NCBI GenBank assembly: GCA_965140445.1
Contig: OZ223236.1
Location: 4,576,001-4,640,000, forward strand
DNA: 64,000 bases
Direction of reading: 5' to 3'
Origin: Candidatus Ozemobacteraceae bacterium
GTDB lineage: Bacteria; Muiribacteriota; Ozemobacteria; Ozemobacterales; Ozemobacteraceae
The position numbers were made by a program, and so were the translations under genes. This document shows positions 9,642 to 18,648 of this stretch, in pieces (the first letter of the stretch is position 1; each line of letters starts with the position of its first letter). The notes beneath the pieces are model-generated. The model was not told where the DNA came from, did not search any database, and worked only from the letters and a program-made list of their open reading frames with translations.

Positions 9642-10133
9642 CTATAAAATCCCCATTGCGCTTTTCACTTTAATAGCTTCAATACTTTTTCTTATTGATA
9701 ATGGTTCAGGGATTGGTAAAAAGTTTCGATCAAAAAAGCTTGTTGAGTCACTCTCAGAAACACGTTTATCAAGCCATTCTCTAGTGGACTTTCCATTGTC
9801 AGGAGTGTCTAACTCAAAAGTCACTTTATATGCGTTAAGAGCATTTATTCGCTTTGAAAGCGGAATGCTTACAGGTACACCGGTAGCTGGTAATGAAACC
9901 AACTCTGTATTTCGGGTTCCAAAGGCAACAAGTATTCCTTTTTTGTAAACTTTCGCAGTTAGACTTACCTGGCCAGGTCTTGATGAAATTCCTGGAACAA
10001 GCTTAACAACGACTGAATCTTCAGTAAGTTTACAGGACAGGGGTTCGATAGGTCCTCTGGTAGCGTGAACAAGGTCCTTTCCGTTAATAAGCAAAAGAAT
10101 AGCCAAAAGAAAAAACAACAATAGTCTTTTCAT
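9642..10133 (-). CDS. Hypothetical exported protein
   Basis: N-terminal signal peptide MKRLLLFFLLAILLLING; RBS AGGGGG; beta-rich body. Confidence 0.65.
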   Translation of the reverse strand: MKRLLLFFLLAILLLINGKDLVHATRGPIEPLSCKLTEDSVVVKLVPGISSRPGQVSLTAKVYKKGILVAFGTRNTELVSLPATGVPVSIPLSKRINALNAYKVTFELDTPDNGKSTREWLDKRVSESDSTSFFDRNFLPIPEPLSIRKSIEAIKVKSAMGIL

Positions 10134-10191
10134 ATTATGCCCCCTAAAATATAGCCCATACTATTAATATCGGCATCAGGGGACTTGAAAA

Positions 10192-10917
10192 TTAACTAAA
10201 TGTTTTTTTTATTTCTCCCACAAAAGAGTCAAACAGATTTTTACTGGCATCGTCAGAGACCCGAGTTTCCTCTGGGTGCCATTGCACACCAACATACAAT
10301 CTTGAATCACAACTTTCGATAGCTTCACAAATGCCATCTCCAGCAGTTGCAACCTGCTTCATTCCGTCAGGAACTTTTCGTATCGCCTGGTGGTGAAAAG
10401 AATTGGTGAACACCTCATTGCTCTTTAACCATGAAAACAGTTTTGAGGAAGGGTCTATCGTCACCTTGTGCGATGTTGCCCAGCGTGGTGCTTCCTGAGA
10501 ATGCTTTACAGATTGTATTTCAGAGATATCCTGATGAACAGCCCCTCCAAGAGAGATTGCCATAACCTGAACCCCTCGACAAATACCTAACGTAGGAATG
10601 GATCTTCCATATGCCAGCTTTGCAAGAATCAGCTCGAACTTATCTCTAAATGGATTTACCATTCCAAGTTTTACTACTGGGTCTTCATTTTGATATCTAG
10701 GGTCTACATCTTCCCCGCCCGGAAGCAGCAAGCCGTCAACAATATCCAGATAACGCTGGCAACCCTCTTCGCTCTCTACAGGAGGAAGCAAAATGACCTC
10801 GGCACCGGCCTGTTGAAGAGCCTGATAATACTTTCTTGAGACATAGGTTCTCATACGCATTTCGTTATCTCTAATTGCTGCATCAGAATACGCAATCCCG
10901 ATTAGTGGCTTTCTCAT
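10192..10917 (-). CDS. Peptidase C26 / gamma-glutamyl-GABA hydrolase (PuuD-like glutamine amidotransferase)
   Basis: KPLIGI, LLLPGGEDVDP, LGICRG (nucleophile), NSFHHQA, GVQWHPE; start 10917 overlaps dppC stop (ATGA). Confidence 0.92.
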   Translation of the reverse strand: MRKPLIGIAYSDAAIRDNEMRMRTYVSRKYYQALQQAGAEVILLPPVESEEGCQRYLDIVDGLLLPGGEDVDPRYQNEDPVVKLGMVNPFRDKFELILAKLAYGRSIPTLGICRGVQVMAISLGGAVHQDISEIQSVKHSQEAPRWATSHKVTIDPSSKLFSWLKSNEVFTNSFHHQAIRKVPDGMKQVATAGDGICEAIESCDSRLYVGVQWHPEETRVSDDASKNLFDSFVGEIKKTFS

Positions 10918-11750
10918 GGAGACCAATTTCCTTTCCGTGATGGATCAAATACGTTTCTTAGCTCATCGCCAAGAAGATTAAAAATTATTACAAGAAAAGC
11001 AATACACAAGCCCGGGTAAATCACCAGATTTGGTTGCCTTATCATATAATCCTTACCAGATGCTACCATCCCTCCCCAGGTTGGCAATGACGGGTCCACA
11101 CCTAGGCCCAGAAAGCTTAGACTGGCCTCCCCAAGAACCGCAGTAGCCATTCCCATAGCAAAAATTACAGTTATAAGAGGAAGGCAATTCGGAAGAATGT
11201 GAGTCAAAATAACTCTCAAGTGGCTTGCTCCGAGCGTTCTGGATGCTACAACGAACTCCGAGGAGCGCAACTCCAGAGTAGAAGATCTAATAATTCTTGC
11301 AACTTCGGCCCAGCCAACAATCGAAAGAGCCAAAATAACAGTTGTAATTCCATTTCCCAGGACCATTGAAATTCCAATCGCCAACAATAAGCTTGGAAAG
11401 GCGAGAAACATATCAACAGTTCTCATAAGAGTCCAGTCAACCCATCCACCGAAATATCCTGCCGCCATCCCAACTGTTAGTCCTATGAACAAGGAGAATA
11501 GGCGCGCTGCAAAACCAATTCCAAGCGAAAGTCTGGTTCCATAAATTATTCTGGAGAACACACATTGGCCCAGCTGATCACAGCCAAGGGGAAAACCCTC
11601 TGCATTTTTTAAGCGGCGCAGAGGATCGGTTTCCATAGGGTCATTTGGAACTATATATGGAGCAATAATGGCGATTACGATAAAAAATACCAATCCCAGC
11701 AGGCACAACCAGCCAGTGAATGACAAGTGTTTCATTAGTCTTTTCATCAT
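10914..11750 (-). CDS. dppC: Peptide ABC transporter permease (DppC/OppC)
   Basis: PLGCDQLG, YGTRLSL, EAA-like EFVVASRTLGAS...HILPN, EASLSFLGLG. Confidence 0.92.
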   Translation of the reverse strand: MMKRLMKHLSFTGWLCLLGLVFFIVIAIIAPYIVPNDPMETDPLRRLKNAEGFPLGCDQLGQCVFSRIIYGTRLSLGIGFAARLFSLFIGLTVGMAAGYFGGWVDWTLMRTVDMFLAFPSLLLAIGISMVLGNGITTVILALSIVGWAEVARIIRSSTLELRSSEFVVASRTLGASHLRVILTHILPNCLPLITVIFAMGMATAVLGEASLSFLGLGVDPSLPTWGGMVASGKDYMIRQPNLVIYPGLCIAFLVIIFNLLGDELRNVFDPSRKGNWSP

Positions 11751-12694
11751 GAGGATTTCTTCAACATTTCATCTCTAACCTTGGGATTTACCCAGGCGTA
11801 GATAATATCTATTAAAAGGTTAACAAGTATAAAAACAAAAGCGCCAAAAAGTATAATGCCCTGAATTACGGGATAATCGCGCTTTAAAATTGCATCCATG
11901 GCAAAACGCCCAATTCCGGGAAGGTCAAAAATAGTTTCTACAATGACTGAGCCATTCAAATAACTTGAAAGATCCAGACCAATTACGGTTATAACAGGGA
12001 TTAAAGCATTAACCAGACCATGGCGGAACAGAATTCTTCCAGAAGAAAGACCTTTGGCTCTGGCAGTACGAATAAAGTCCTGATTCAATACTTCAATAAG
12101 ACTACTTCGAACGATCCTGGCCAAAAATGCAGCCGACCTGATACCAAGTGTAAATGCAGGCAAAATAAAAGGCCACAGGCTTTCGGCTCCACGAAAACCA
12201 GAGGTTGGGAACCATCTAAGCTTTACCGCAAAGATATAAAGAAGGATCAGTCCAGAAAGAAAAACAGGAACACTTATCCCTGCAACAGATAAAAAAGTGC
12301 AAGCTCGATCAATTATTCCGCCCTGGAAAATCGCCCCAATGATCCCCGCAATAACTCCCAGAACTATTGAAATTGCCATTGCTATAAAAGCCAGCTTTAA
12401 TGTATAGGGAAACTTTTCTTTTATTGATTCAAGAACTGGTTTTCCAGAAACAACAGAGCGTCCAAGCTCTCCAGTCACTACTCTGCAAACATAGTCTTTG
12501 AAACGAACAAAAAGTGGTCGATCCAGCCCCATTTCTTTTGAAATTCTCTCAATAGTTGCCTTATCAGCTCTTGGGCCTGCAATGGTTTGAGCGGGATTTC
12601 CAGGGATAAGATACAAGACAATAAACGTAACCAGCAAAATTCCTATTAATACAGGAATAGTTCCCATTAAACGTCTAACTGTAAATTCAAGCAT
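11747..12694 (-). CDS. dppB: Peptide ABC transporter permease (DppB/OppB)
   Basis: IPGNPA, GLDRPL, DFIRTARAKGL, ETIFDLPGIG, RDYPVIQG. Confidence 0.93.
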   Translation of the reverse strand: MLEFTVRRLMGTIPVLIGILLVTFIVLYLIPGNPAQTIAGPRADKATIERISKEMGLDRPLFVRFKDYVCRVVTGELGRSVVSGKPVLESIKEKFPYTLKLAFIAMAISIVLGVIAGIIGAIFQGGIIDRACTFLSVAGISVPVFLSGLILLYIFAVKLRWFPTSGFRGAESLWPFILPAFTLGIRSAAFLARIVRSSLIEVLNQDFIRTARAKGLSSGRILFRHGLVNALIPVITVIGLDLSSYLNGSVIVETIFDLPGIGRFAMDAILKRDYPVIQGIILFGAFVFILVNLLIDIIYAWVNPKVRDEMLKKSS

Positions 12695-12729
12695 TGGTTA
12701 GTAAATTATCTTCTTTCAATTAGTTTTAA

Positions 12730-12764
12730 AGGCCGCATCAGAGCGTTGAGCTCCGATACGGCCT
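12730..12764 (-). terminator. Intercistronic stem-loop between dppA and dppB (partial terminator / mRNA stabiliser)
   Basis: Minus strand GGCCGTATCGGAGC-TCAAC-GCTCTGATGCGGCC pairs fully with two G-U wobbles on the transcribed strand only; short U tail. Confidence 0.65.
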
Positions 12765-12812
12765 GAATTTTGTTTTCAGGATTGTCTATATTAGCGACAG
12801 TCGATAACAATT

Positions 12813-14411
12813 TCAATCCTTAACTTGTAAAGTAAGGGCCTTATCACAGAAAAACATCGGAGAAAACTCAAGATTGGAAACATTTTCTCCCAGCAAATAA
12901 CTTTCGCTACAGTGCCATAGATATAACCAGGGAGCTTGTTCTACAATTTTTCTATTAACTTCAGCATAAGCTTTAGCACGAATTTCGTTATCCTGAATTT
13001 TTACAGCATCTTCGATCATCTTGTCTATGCCAGCATCTTTGAAACGAGCACGATTTCCACCTGATCCCCAATTGTTTGAGTGAAACAATGGATAAAGAAA
13101 GTTTTCACCATCTGGATAGTCGCCAAACCAGCTTAAGTAAAAGCAAGGAGCCTCACCTTTATTAATTGAATCTTTCAAAGCACTCCATTCCATGGGTTTT
13201 AGAGAAACTTTAACGCCATGCTTTTTTAGTTCTCCCTGGAGCAGTCTGGTTATTTCAAACGCCGCCTGCGACGACTTCTGATATAAGTCAAATTTTAGTG
13301 GATTATCTTTGGTATATCCCGCTTCTTTCAACAACTTCATTGCCTTATCAGGATCATATCCATAACCAGCAAGATCTTTGTTAAAACCAGAAATTCCGGG
13401 AGGAATACTTCCCTTTGCAGGAACAGCTCTTCCTTGATAAACAGCATTTATAATTTTTTCACGATTAATCAGGTAGTTTAAAGCCTTCCTTACCCTAACA
13501 TCATTGAATGGGGCAACCTGATTATTAAATCCAACATAAAAAACATTCATTGCAGGAACATTATGTATTCTTGAGGCACACTTTTTATCTTCTTTGAATC
13601 TTTCGTAATTTGAAGGATAAAGCTGCAGCATATCCAGATTACCACTTTCAAATTCCATTTCAGCTTTCATATTCTCCGGGATAACTCTGTATTCGATCTT
13701 GTTTACCATCGGACTCTTTGAATGATAAAATTCATTTGCAATTAACCTTACATAGCTATCTCTAACTCTTTCAGTTATTCTAAATGGTCCAGTTCCTGAT
13801 GGAAGTTCAAAGAAAGTTCTGTTCTCAATTTCCTTTTTACATGAAGCAGGAAGAATGTAGCAAGCTGGCATAGTAAGAAGAGAAATGAATGGAGCAAAAG
13901 TTGTTGCCAGTTCAATTTCTACAGTAGATTCATTAATAGCTCTTATACCTTCTGTTTTATCAGTTTTACCCGCTAATCTATCGTTTGCACCAAGAACCTT
14001 TTCAAGAACCCAGCTTCTTGGAGAACCAACTTTAGGGTCTAAAATCCTGTCTAATGAGAAAACAACATCTTCAGCGGTTAAAACGCTTCCATTATGGAAT
14101 TTTACATTCGGCTTAATTCTGAAAGTAAAAACTTTTCCATCAGGTGATGTAGTCCATGATTCTGCAAGGCCACTAACCAGACGCATTTTTTCATCAAATC
14201 TCACCAGTCCATCGAAAATCTTCGATTGAATGGTGCCTTCGTTGACATCTACGCCACGGGCAGGATCCAAGTTAGTGGGTTCACTGGATAAATAACCATA
14301 AAACACACCCCTAGCCGTTGACTGAGTTGTTTCACCCCGGCTACTGATTAAAAAATTGGCTGTTAATGCCAGTAAACAAACAAGTAATGTTGGGAAAAGG
14401 ATTCGTTTCAT
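12813..14411 (-). CDS. dppA: Peptide ABC transporter substrate-binding protein (family 5)
   Basis: EPTNLDP, IFDGLV, LAESW..SPDG, KFHNG..LTAEDVVFS, GTGPF, DVRVRKAL. Confidence 0.93.
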   Translation of the reverse strand: MKRILFPTLLVCLLALTANFLISSRGETTQSTARGVFYGYLSSEPTNLDPARGVDVNEGTIQSKIFDGLVRFDEKMRLVSGLAESWTTSPDGKVFTFRIKPNVKFHNGSVLTAEDVVFSLDRILDPKVGSPRSWVLEKVLGANDRLAGKTDKTEGIRAINESTVEIELATTFAPFISLLTMPACYILPASCKKEIENRTFFELPSGTGPFRITERVRDSYVRLIANEFYHSKSPMVNKIEYRVIPENMKAEMEFESGNLDMLQLYPSNYERFKEDKKCASRIHNVPAMNVFYVGFNNQVAPFNDVRVRKALNYLINREKIINAVYQGRAVPAKGSIPPGISGFNKDLAGYGYDPDKAMKLLKEAGYTKDNPLKFDLYQKSSQAAFEITRLLQGELKKHGVKVSLKPMEWSALKDSINKGEAPCFYLSWFGDYPDGENFLYPLFHSNNWGSGGNRARFKDAGIDKMIEDAVKIQDNEIRAKAYAEVNRKIVEQAPWLYLWHCSESYLLGENVSNLEFSPMFFCDKALTLQVKD

Positions 14412-14464
14412 TTTGCCACCTTTTTTATCTTAAGGTTTTCTCTTCCCAATACATCGACAGTTTT

Positions 14465-14926
14465 CTACGGATGCTTTAATTCTGCAGAAAATTTTCCATT
14501 CTCAGCATGTAACACCGCCACCGATGGCGGTAATCCAGCGCGAGGCAAGGTTGGGCTTCCAGGGCAAATAACCAACAAATCCTGTTCCTGATTTATCAAT
14601 GAAATATGGGTATGTCCATACACAAGAACCTTTGTTTCTTCGTTTGAGGCTCGTCTGGCGACTTCTGGTCTATGGGCAGCGGTTAGCTTTCCTCCACCAA
14701 TTTCTATTGAAATCGATTCTGGAATATCGTAGGCGAATCTATCACAATTGCCTCTTACCTCATAAACTGGAGCAATATTTCTAAAAATTTCAAAAGCCTT
14801 ACGGCATTCCCCATCGCCTGCATGCACAATCATATCAACACCCTCAAAAGCTTTTAAAATCCACTCAGGAATATGGCAATTATCTGAGCTGGTAAAATGT
14901 GTGTCTGAAATTATCCCTATTTTCAT
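14465..14926 (-). CDS. Metallophosphoesterase (YfcE/MJ0936 family)
   Basis: ISDTH, HAGD, GNCD, GHTH, PGS motifs. Confidence 0.9.
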   Translation of the reverse strand: MKIGIISDTHFTSSDNCHIPEWILKAFEGVDMIVHAGDGECRKAFEIFRNIAPVYEVRGNCDRFAYDIPESISIEIGGGKLTAAHRPEVARRASNEETKVLVYGHTHISLINQEQDLLVICPGSPTLPRAGLPPSVAVLHAENGKFSAELKHP

Positions 14927-15008
14927 AAACATTCCTTGTAATTTCTGGTGTAATTTTTACTTAACTATTATATTGTTTTTCTATTATTAAAATAAAGGGA
15001 GGAAATAA

Positions 15009-15623
15009 ATGAACCAGATTTCCCAAGCTCCACAAAACGAAGAAAATTCTGAACCGAATGAAACAACAGAAAACGTTGAGAATAATACCTTTAAAGAATT
15101 CCATCTGGAAAATATTTTTCTAAAAAGAATAATCGCCTGCTTTCTGGACTCTTTTATGGTTGGTGCTTTTGCTGCTATTTCACTCCTTCCAGGACTATTC
15201 TTACTCCCATACAAACCAATAAATATCTTGGCAATCTACGGATTCTTTATTTTTGCAGCGGCAGCTGGGATAATTTTAATCAAAGACACCCCATTTCAAA
15301 TTGGCCCCTTTGATAGCCAGACTCCCGGCAAAAAAGCAATGAATATTAAAGTTTACGATTTAAATAAAAAACCAATTACCATGGAAATGTCCATCAAAAG
15401 GAATATTGTTCCAGCTTTTCCATTTATTATCTCGGCAATTTCATTTTTAATAAGGGTAATTCCATTTGGCTTCATCACAAGCATTCTTGGCCTTGTATTG
15501 ATCTTGCCTCTGCTTCTTTTAAGCGTTATTGCAATGGCATATGAAGTTTACAAAATCTACAGCGGAAAACAGCACAGAAGATGGGGCGACGAATTTTCTG
15601 GAACAATTGTTGCCTGGGAGTAA
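15009..15623 (+). CDS. RDD family membrane protein
   Basis: KRIIACFLD, QTPGKKAMNIKV, RRWGDEFSGTIV; RBS GGGAGG. Confidence 0.85.
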   Translation: MNQISQAPQNEENSEPNETTENVENNTFKEFHLENIFLKRIIACFLDSFMVGAFAAISLLPGLFLLPYKPINILAIYGFFIFAAAAGIILIKDTPFQIGPFDSQTPGKKAMNIKVYDLNKKPITMEMSIKRNIVPAFPFIISAISFLIRVIPFGFITSILGLVLILPLLLLSVIAMAYEVYKIYSGKQHRRWGDEFSGTIVAWE

Positions 15624-15631
15624 GTTCTAAA

Positions 15632-16012
15632 CTACTCCTTCCACGACAGCCATTTATACTTAAATAGTATGCCCAGAGCAGTTATTCCAATTGATGAACC
15701 TATTAAGTCCATTAACAAATCCTCGGGGTCGCAGGACCTGACCGGGACAAAAAACTGATGGATTTCATCTGAGACAGCAAACCCCATTGCGAACAAAAGC
15801 GCAACAACTACCGTTAAAGGTCTTTCTGCGATAGTTTTAAAAAAAAGATGAGATAAAAATCCCATCATTGCATACTCAATAATGTGGGGAAATGGTCCTG
15901 TCGGCAAATGCATTTCACCAGTGGGGTTTGAAGATGAAGATACATAGAAAACAGCGCTACAGAAAAGCATAAGCACTAATCCCCACAAATTTTCACTTTT
16001 TACTAATTTCAT
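15632..16012 (-). CDS. VanZ family membrane protein
   Basis: HIIEYA, SDEIHQFFVPVRSC...DLLMDLIG. Confidence 0.88.
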   Translation of the reverse strand: MKLVKSENLWGLVLMLFCSAVFYVSSSSNPTGEMHLPTGPFPHIIEYAMMGFLSHLFFKTIAERPLTVVVALLFAMGFAVSDEIHQFFVPVRSCDPEDLLMDLIGSSIGITALGILFKYKWLSWKE

Positions 16013-16089
16013 TTTTTATTTCTTTCAAGATAGATTAATCATACTTAACACTTAACCTTTTAGCCGATTTGCGTTATATTTACAAGTCT

Positions 16090-16602
16090 ATGAATAGAAA
16101 TCATGCCATCCTTCTGGCAATAGCAATACTTACAATTCCGCTCATCTCAATCTTCATTCCTGATAACGAGCCAGGAACTGTTTCCTCATTGGATGGAGTA
16201 AATTTATCAAACTTAAACGGCCAGAAATTTAAGCTTACGGGTATTTTTTCTGACAAACCCATAATGTTTGTTTTTTGGTCAATCAGGTGCGGAACATGCA
16301 TTGAAGAGATACCTTTTATCATTAATCTGCATAACAAATTTAAAGAAAAATTAACTATTGTAGGAGTTCATCCAACAGGCTTTCCTTTAAAAAAGATTCA
16401 TAGATTCTTAAGAAAATTCCCACAAAAAATTCCATATATGCTGGCAATAGACGAAAACATGAGCCTTTGCAAAACTTACCAGGTCAGTGTATTACCCAAA
16501 ATTGTAATGATAAATAAGCAGGGAAAAGTCTTGTATTCACATCTGGGGTATGAGCAAACGAAAGAAAAGGAAGTAGAAGATGCCATCAAATCAAAGCTTT
16601 AA
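16090..16602 (+). CDS. Membrane-anchored TlpA/ResA thioredoxin-like disulfide reductase
   Basis: N-terminal TM; FWSIRCGTCIEEIP (CxxC); cis-Pro VLP...INKQGKV; start 16090 preferred over TTG 16069. Confidence 0.85.
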   Translation: MNRNHAILLAIAILTIPLISIFIPDNEPGTVSSLDGVNLSNLNGQKFKLTGIFSDKPIMFVFWSIRCGTCIEEIPFIINLHNKFKEKLTIVGVHPTGFPLKKIHRFLRKFPQKIPYMLAIDENMSLCKTYQVSVLPKIVMINKQGKVLYSHLGYEQTKEKEVEDAIKSKL

Positions 16603-17161
16603 GCTATTCGCTTTATTTATATTTTTTATAATTTCAGGAATGGTTGCCAATGCAGATCCAGTATCTCCGGAATCTTCGATACTAAAAGCCGGGGAAAAAG
16701 CTCCTGTTTCAAGCCTTCTAGATTTAAATGACGAGGAAATAACATTCCCAGCCACAAAACATTGGAATATTGTCGTGTTCTGGTCTCTATTTTGCCATTC
16801 TTGCATAGAGGAGTTACCACACTTCCAGAGCAAATTGGCTCAAAAAGAGTTTAAAGATGTTAAAAGTTTTCTAATTTCGTTAGACACCAAAAAAATGAAA
16901 GCGGCTCTAAACAACTTCGTAAAAAAAAGAAAAATTGAAAACACAATTTTAGTTGAAAAAATTGCCTCAAATTCTTATCTTACTGCCGATAAATGGAAAG
17001 TAAAAACCACTCCATCCATTTTTCTGGTTGATCCAAACGGAAAAATAACCTTCTCTAATGAAGGACCTATGGATCTGGAAGTGTTATTTAAAGATTTGCA
17101 AGCCGCATTGAAAAAAAGCAGTAAAATTGAGACAGAGAATATAAATGGTCGAGAAAATTAA
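16580..17161 (+). CDS. Exported TlpA/ResA thioredoxin-like protein
   Basis: Signal peptide; GEKAP, FWSLFCHSCIEELP, TTPSIFLVDPNGKI. Confidence 0.87.
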   Translation: MPSNQSFKLFALFIFFIISGMVANADPVSPESSILKAGEKAPVSSLLDLNDEEITFPATKHWNIVVFWSLFCHSCIEELPHFQSKLAQKEFKDVKSFLISLDTKKMKAALNNFVKKRKIENTILVEKIASNSYLTADKWKVKTTPSIFLVDPNGKITFSNEGPMDLEVLFKDLQAALKKSSKIETENINGREN

Positions 17162-18071
17162 AGATTCCAACAATTCAGAATTAATTCTGGTTTCTAAGGA
17201 CATGCTAGTTTATGCGGTTCTGGGAATTACTTTACTAACCTTCCTGCTCATGAGCTCTTTCTTTTACATAGATTTTGACTCCATCCTTGGGCAAGGAGAT
17301 CTAGCCCTGAAAATTGGCAGCACAGCGATTCGAATGGATGAATTCAAAAATATAAAAAAAATATCAGGAGTTAGAGCTCAAAAAATGTCTAACGTTGCAT
17401 TTGCTCAAGAGCTATTTGAAATAGTTCTTCTTGCGGAAGGCGCAAGGCAACAAGGACTTGATAAGAATGAAGATTTTAAGGAAGACGTCATTAATTTTGA
17501 CAATGCCTTAAAAAATGCTTCTGACTCAGAAAAAGTTGCGAGAGCAATTTTCTTAATAGAAGAATTGGCAAAACTTTCGGTAGAAAACATAACCAAAAAC
17601 CTGCCACCCATAAATAATAATCAAACAATTTCCCCCCAACCTGCAACGCAAAAGATTCATCTAAGAACAATTCTTGTTCAAAACGCTTCCGAAGCAGAAC
17701 ATATTCTGTCCATGGCATCAACAGGAGTTGAATTTTCCGAGCTTAATGCAAGCTGGTCAAAATCATTGTATTCATCTGTTGGAGGAGACATTGGGTTAAA
17801 AACTTCGAACGATTTTCCTGACGGGGTTTTTGAGAAACTAAAAAACACACCCATTGGATCAACAACTCTAGGGTTTAATGATGAAAACGGATTTCACCTT
17901 TTCCTGGTTAAAGATAAACCACAGCCAAAAGAACTTGCTTCAAAAAACACAAGATTCAGTCAGGAATATGAAAAACAAAGACAGAAATCAATTTCTGAGC
18001 ATCTAATTGAGTTAAGAAACAATCTTAACTGTTACATTCACCCCGATTTGAGTATAAAATGTCAAAATTAA
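17145..18071 (+). CDS. Membrane-anchored PpiC/parvulin-type peptidyl-prolyl isomerase (PrsA/SurA-like)
   Basis: N-terminal TM; IHLRTILV, FSEL, GGDIG, GFHLFLV. Confidence 0.78.
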   Translation: MVEKIKDSNNSELILVSKDMLVYAVLGITLLTFLLMSSFFYIDFDSILGQGDLALKIGSTAIRMDEFKNIKKISGVRAQKMSNVAFAQELFEIVLLAEGARQQGLDKNEDFKEDVINFDNALKNASDSEKVARAIFLIEELAKLSVENITKNLPPINNNQTISPQPATQKIHLRTILVQNASEAEHILSMASTGVEFSELNASWSKSLYSSVGGDIGLKTSNDFPDGVFEKLKNTPIGSTTLGFNDENGFHLFLVKDKPQPKELASKNTRFSQEYEKQRQKSISEHLIELRNNLNCYIHPDLSIKCQN

Positions 18072-18101
18072 AAGAAGCTCTGCAAGAACCAAGGAGTAAA
18101 A

Positions 18102-18647
18102 ATGAGTAAAAAATCTAGAAAGCATTATTTGATTCTGCCTTCCTACCAGATAAAGCTGGTTGGATTTATGATTATGGTCATTTTTCTTGGCTCAATTATG
18201 CACGGATTCTTTTTGTACAAAATAACCAGCAAAAATATTGAAGACGGCTTTCTATCTGCACACAATAGATTAAGATCCACATGGGAAATTTTGAAACCAG
18301 CAATAGTTGTTACAAATGGTTTAAGCTTTCTCGTCAGTTCTCTTTTTCTTCTTTTGATTACGGTTTTTCTCTCTCACCGCATTATCGGGCCAATATTTAA
18401 AATTAGTGGGCACATTAAAAAGATTTCTAACGGGAAACTTTTCTTATCCTCACTTCGCCTTAGAAAAGGCGATGAGGGACAGATTCTTTGTGATGCAGTA
18501 AATGAGATGCAAGAGCACTATCGACAGCATTTCATAAAAATTAAAAACTTGCGCAATGATTTGAGTAAATCAGAAGGCCTTGAAAAGCAAAAGGTCTTAA
18601 AAGAATTGGACGAGATTCTTTCTCACATAGAACTGGAAAAGGACTAA
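18102..18647 (+). CDS. Small two-TM HAMP-domain protein
   Basis: Two TM helices then SHRIIGPIFKI...GKL...LRKGDE...AVNEM (HAMP); no output domain. Confidence 0.75.
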   Translation: MSKKSRKHYLILPSYQIKLVGFMIMVIFLGSIMHGFFLYKITSKNIEDGFLSAHNRLRSTWEILKPAIVVTNGLSFLVSSLFLLLITVFLSHRIIGPIFKISGHIKKISNGKLFLSSLRLRKGDEGQILCDAVNEMQEHYRQHFIKIKNLRNDLSKSEGLEKQKVLKELDEILSHIELEKD

Positions 18648-18648
18648 A

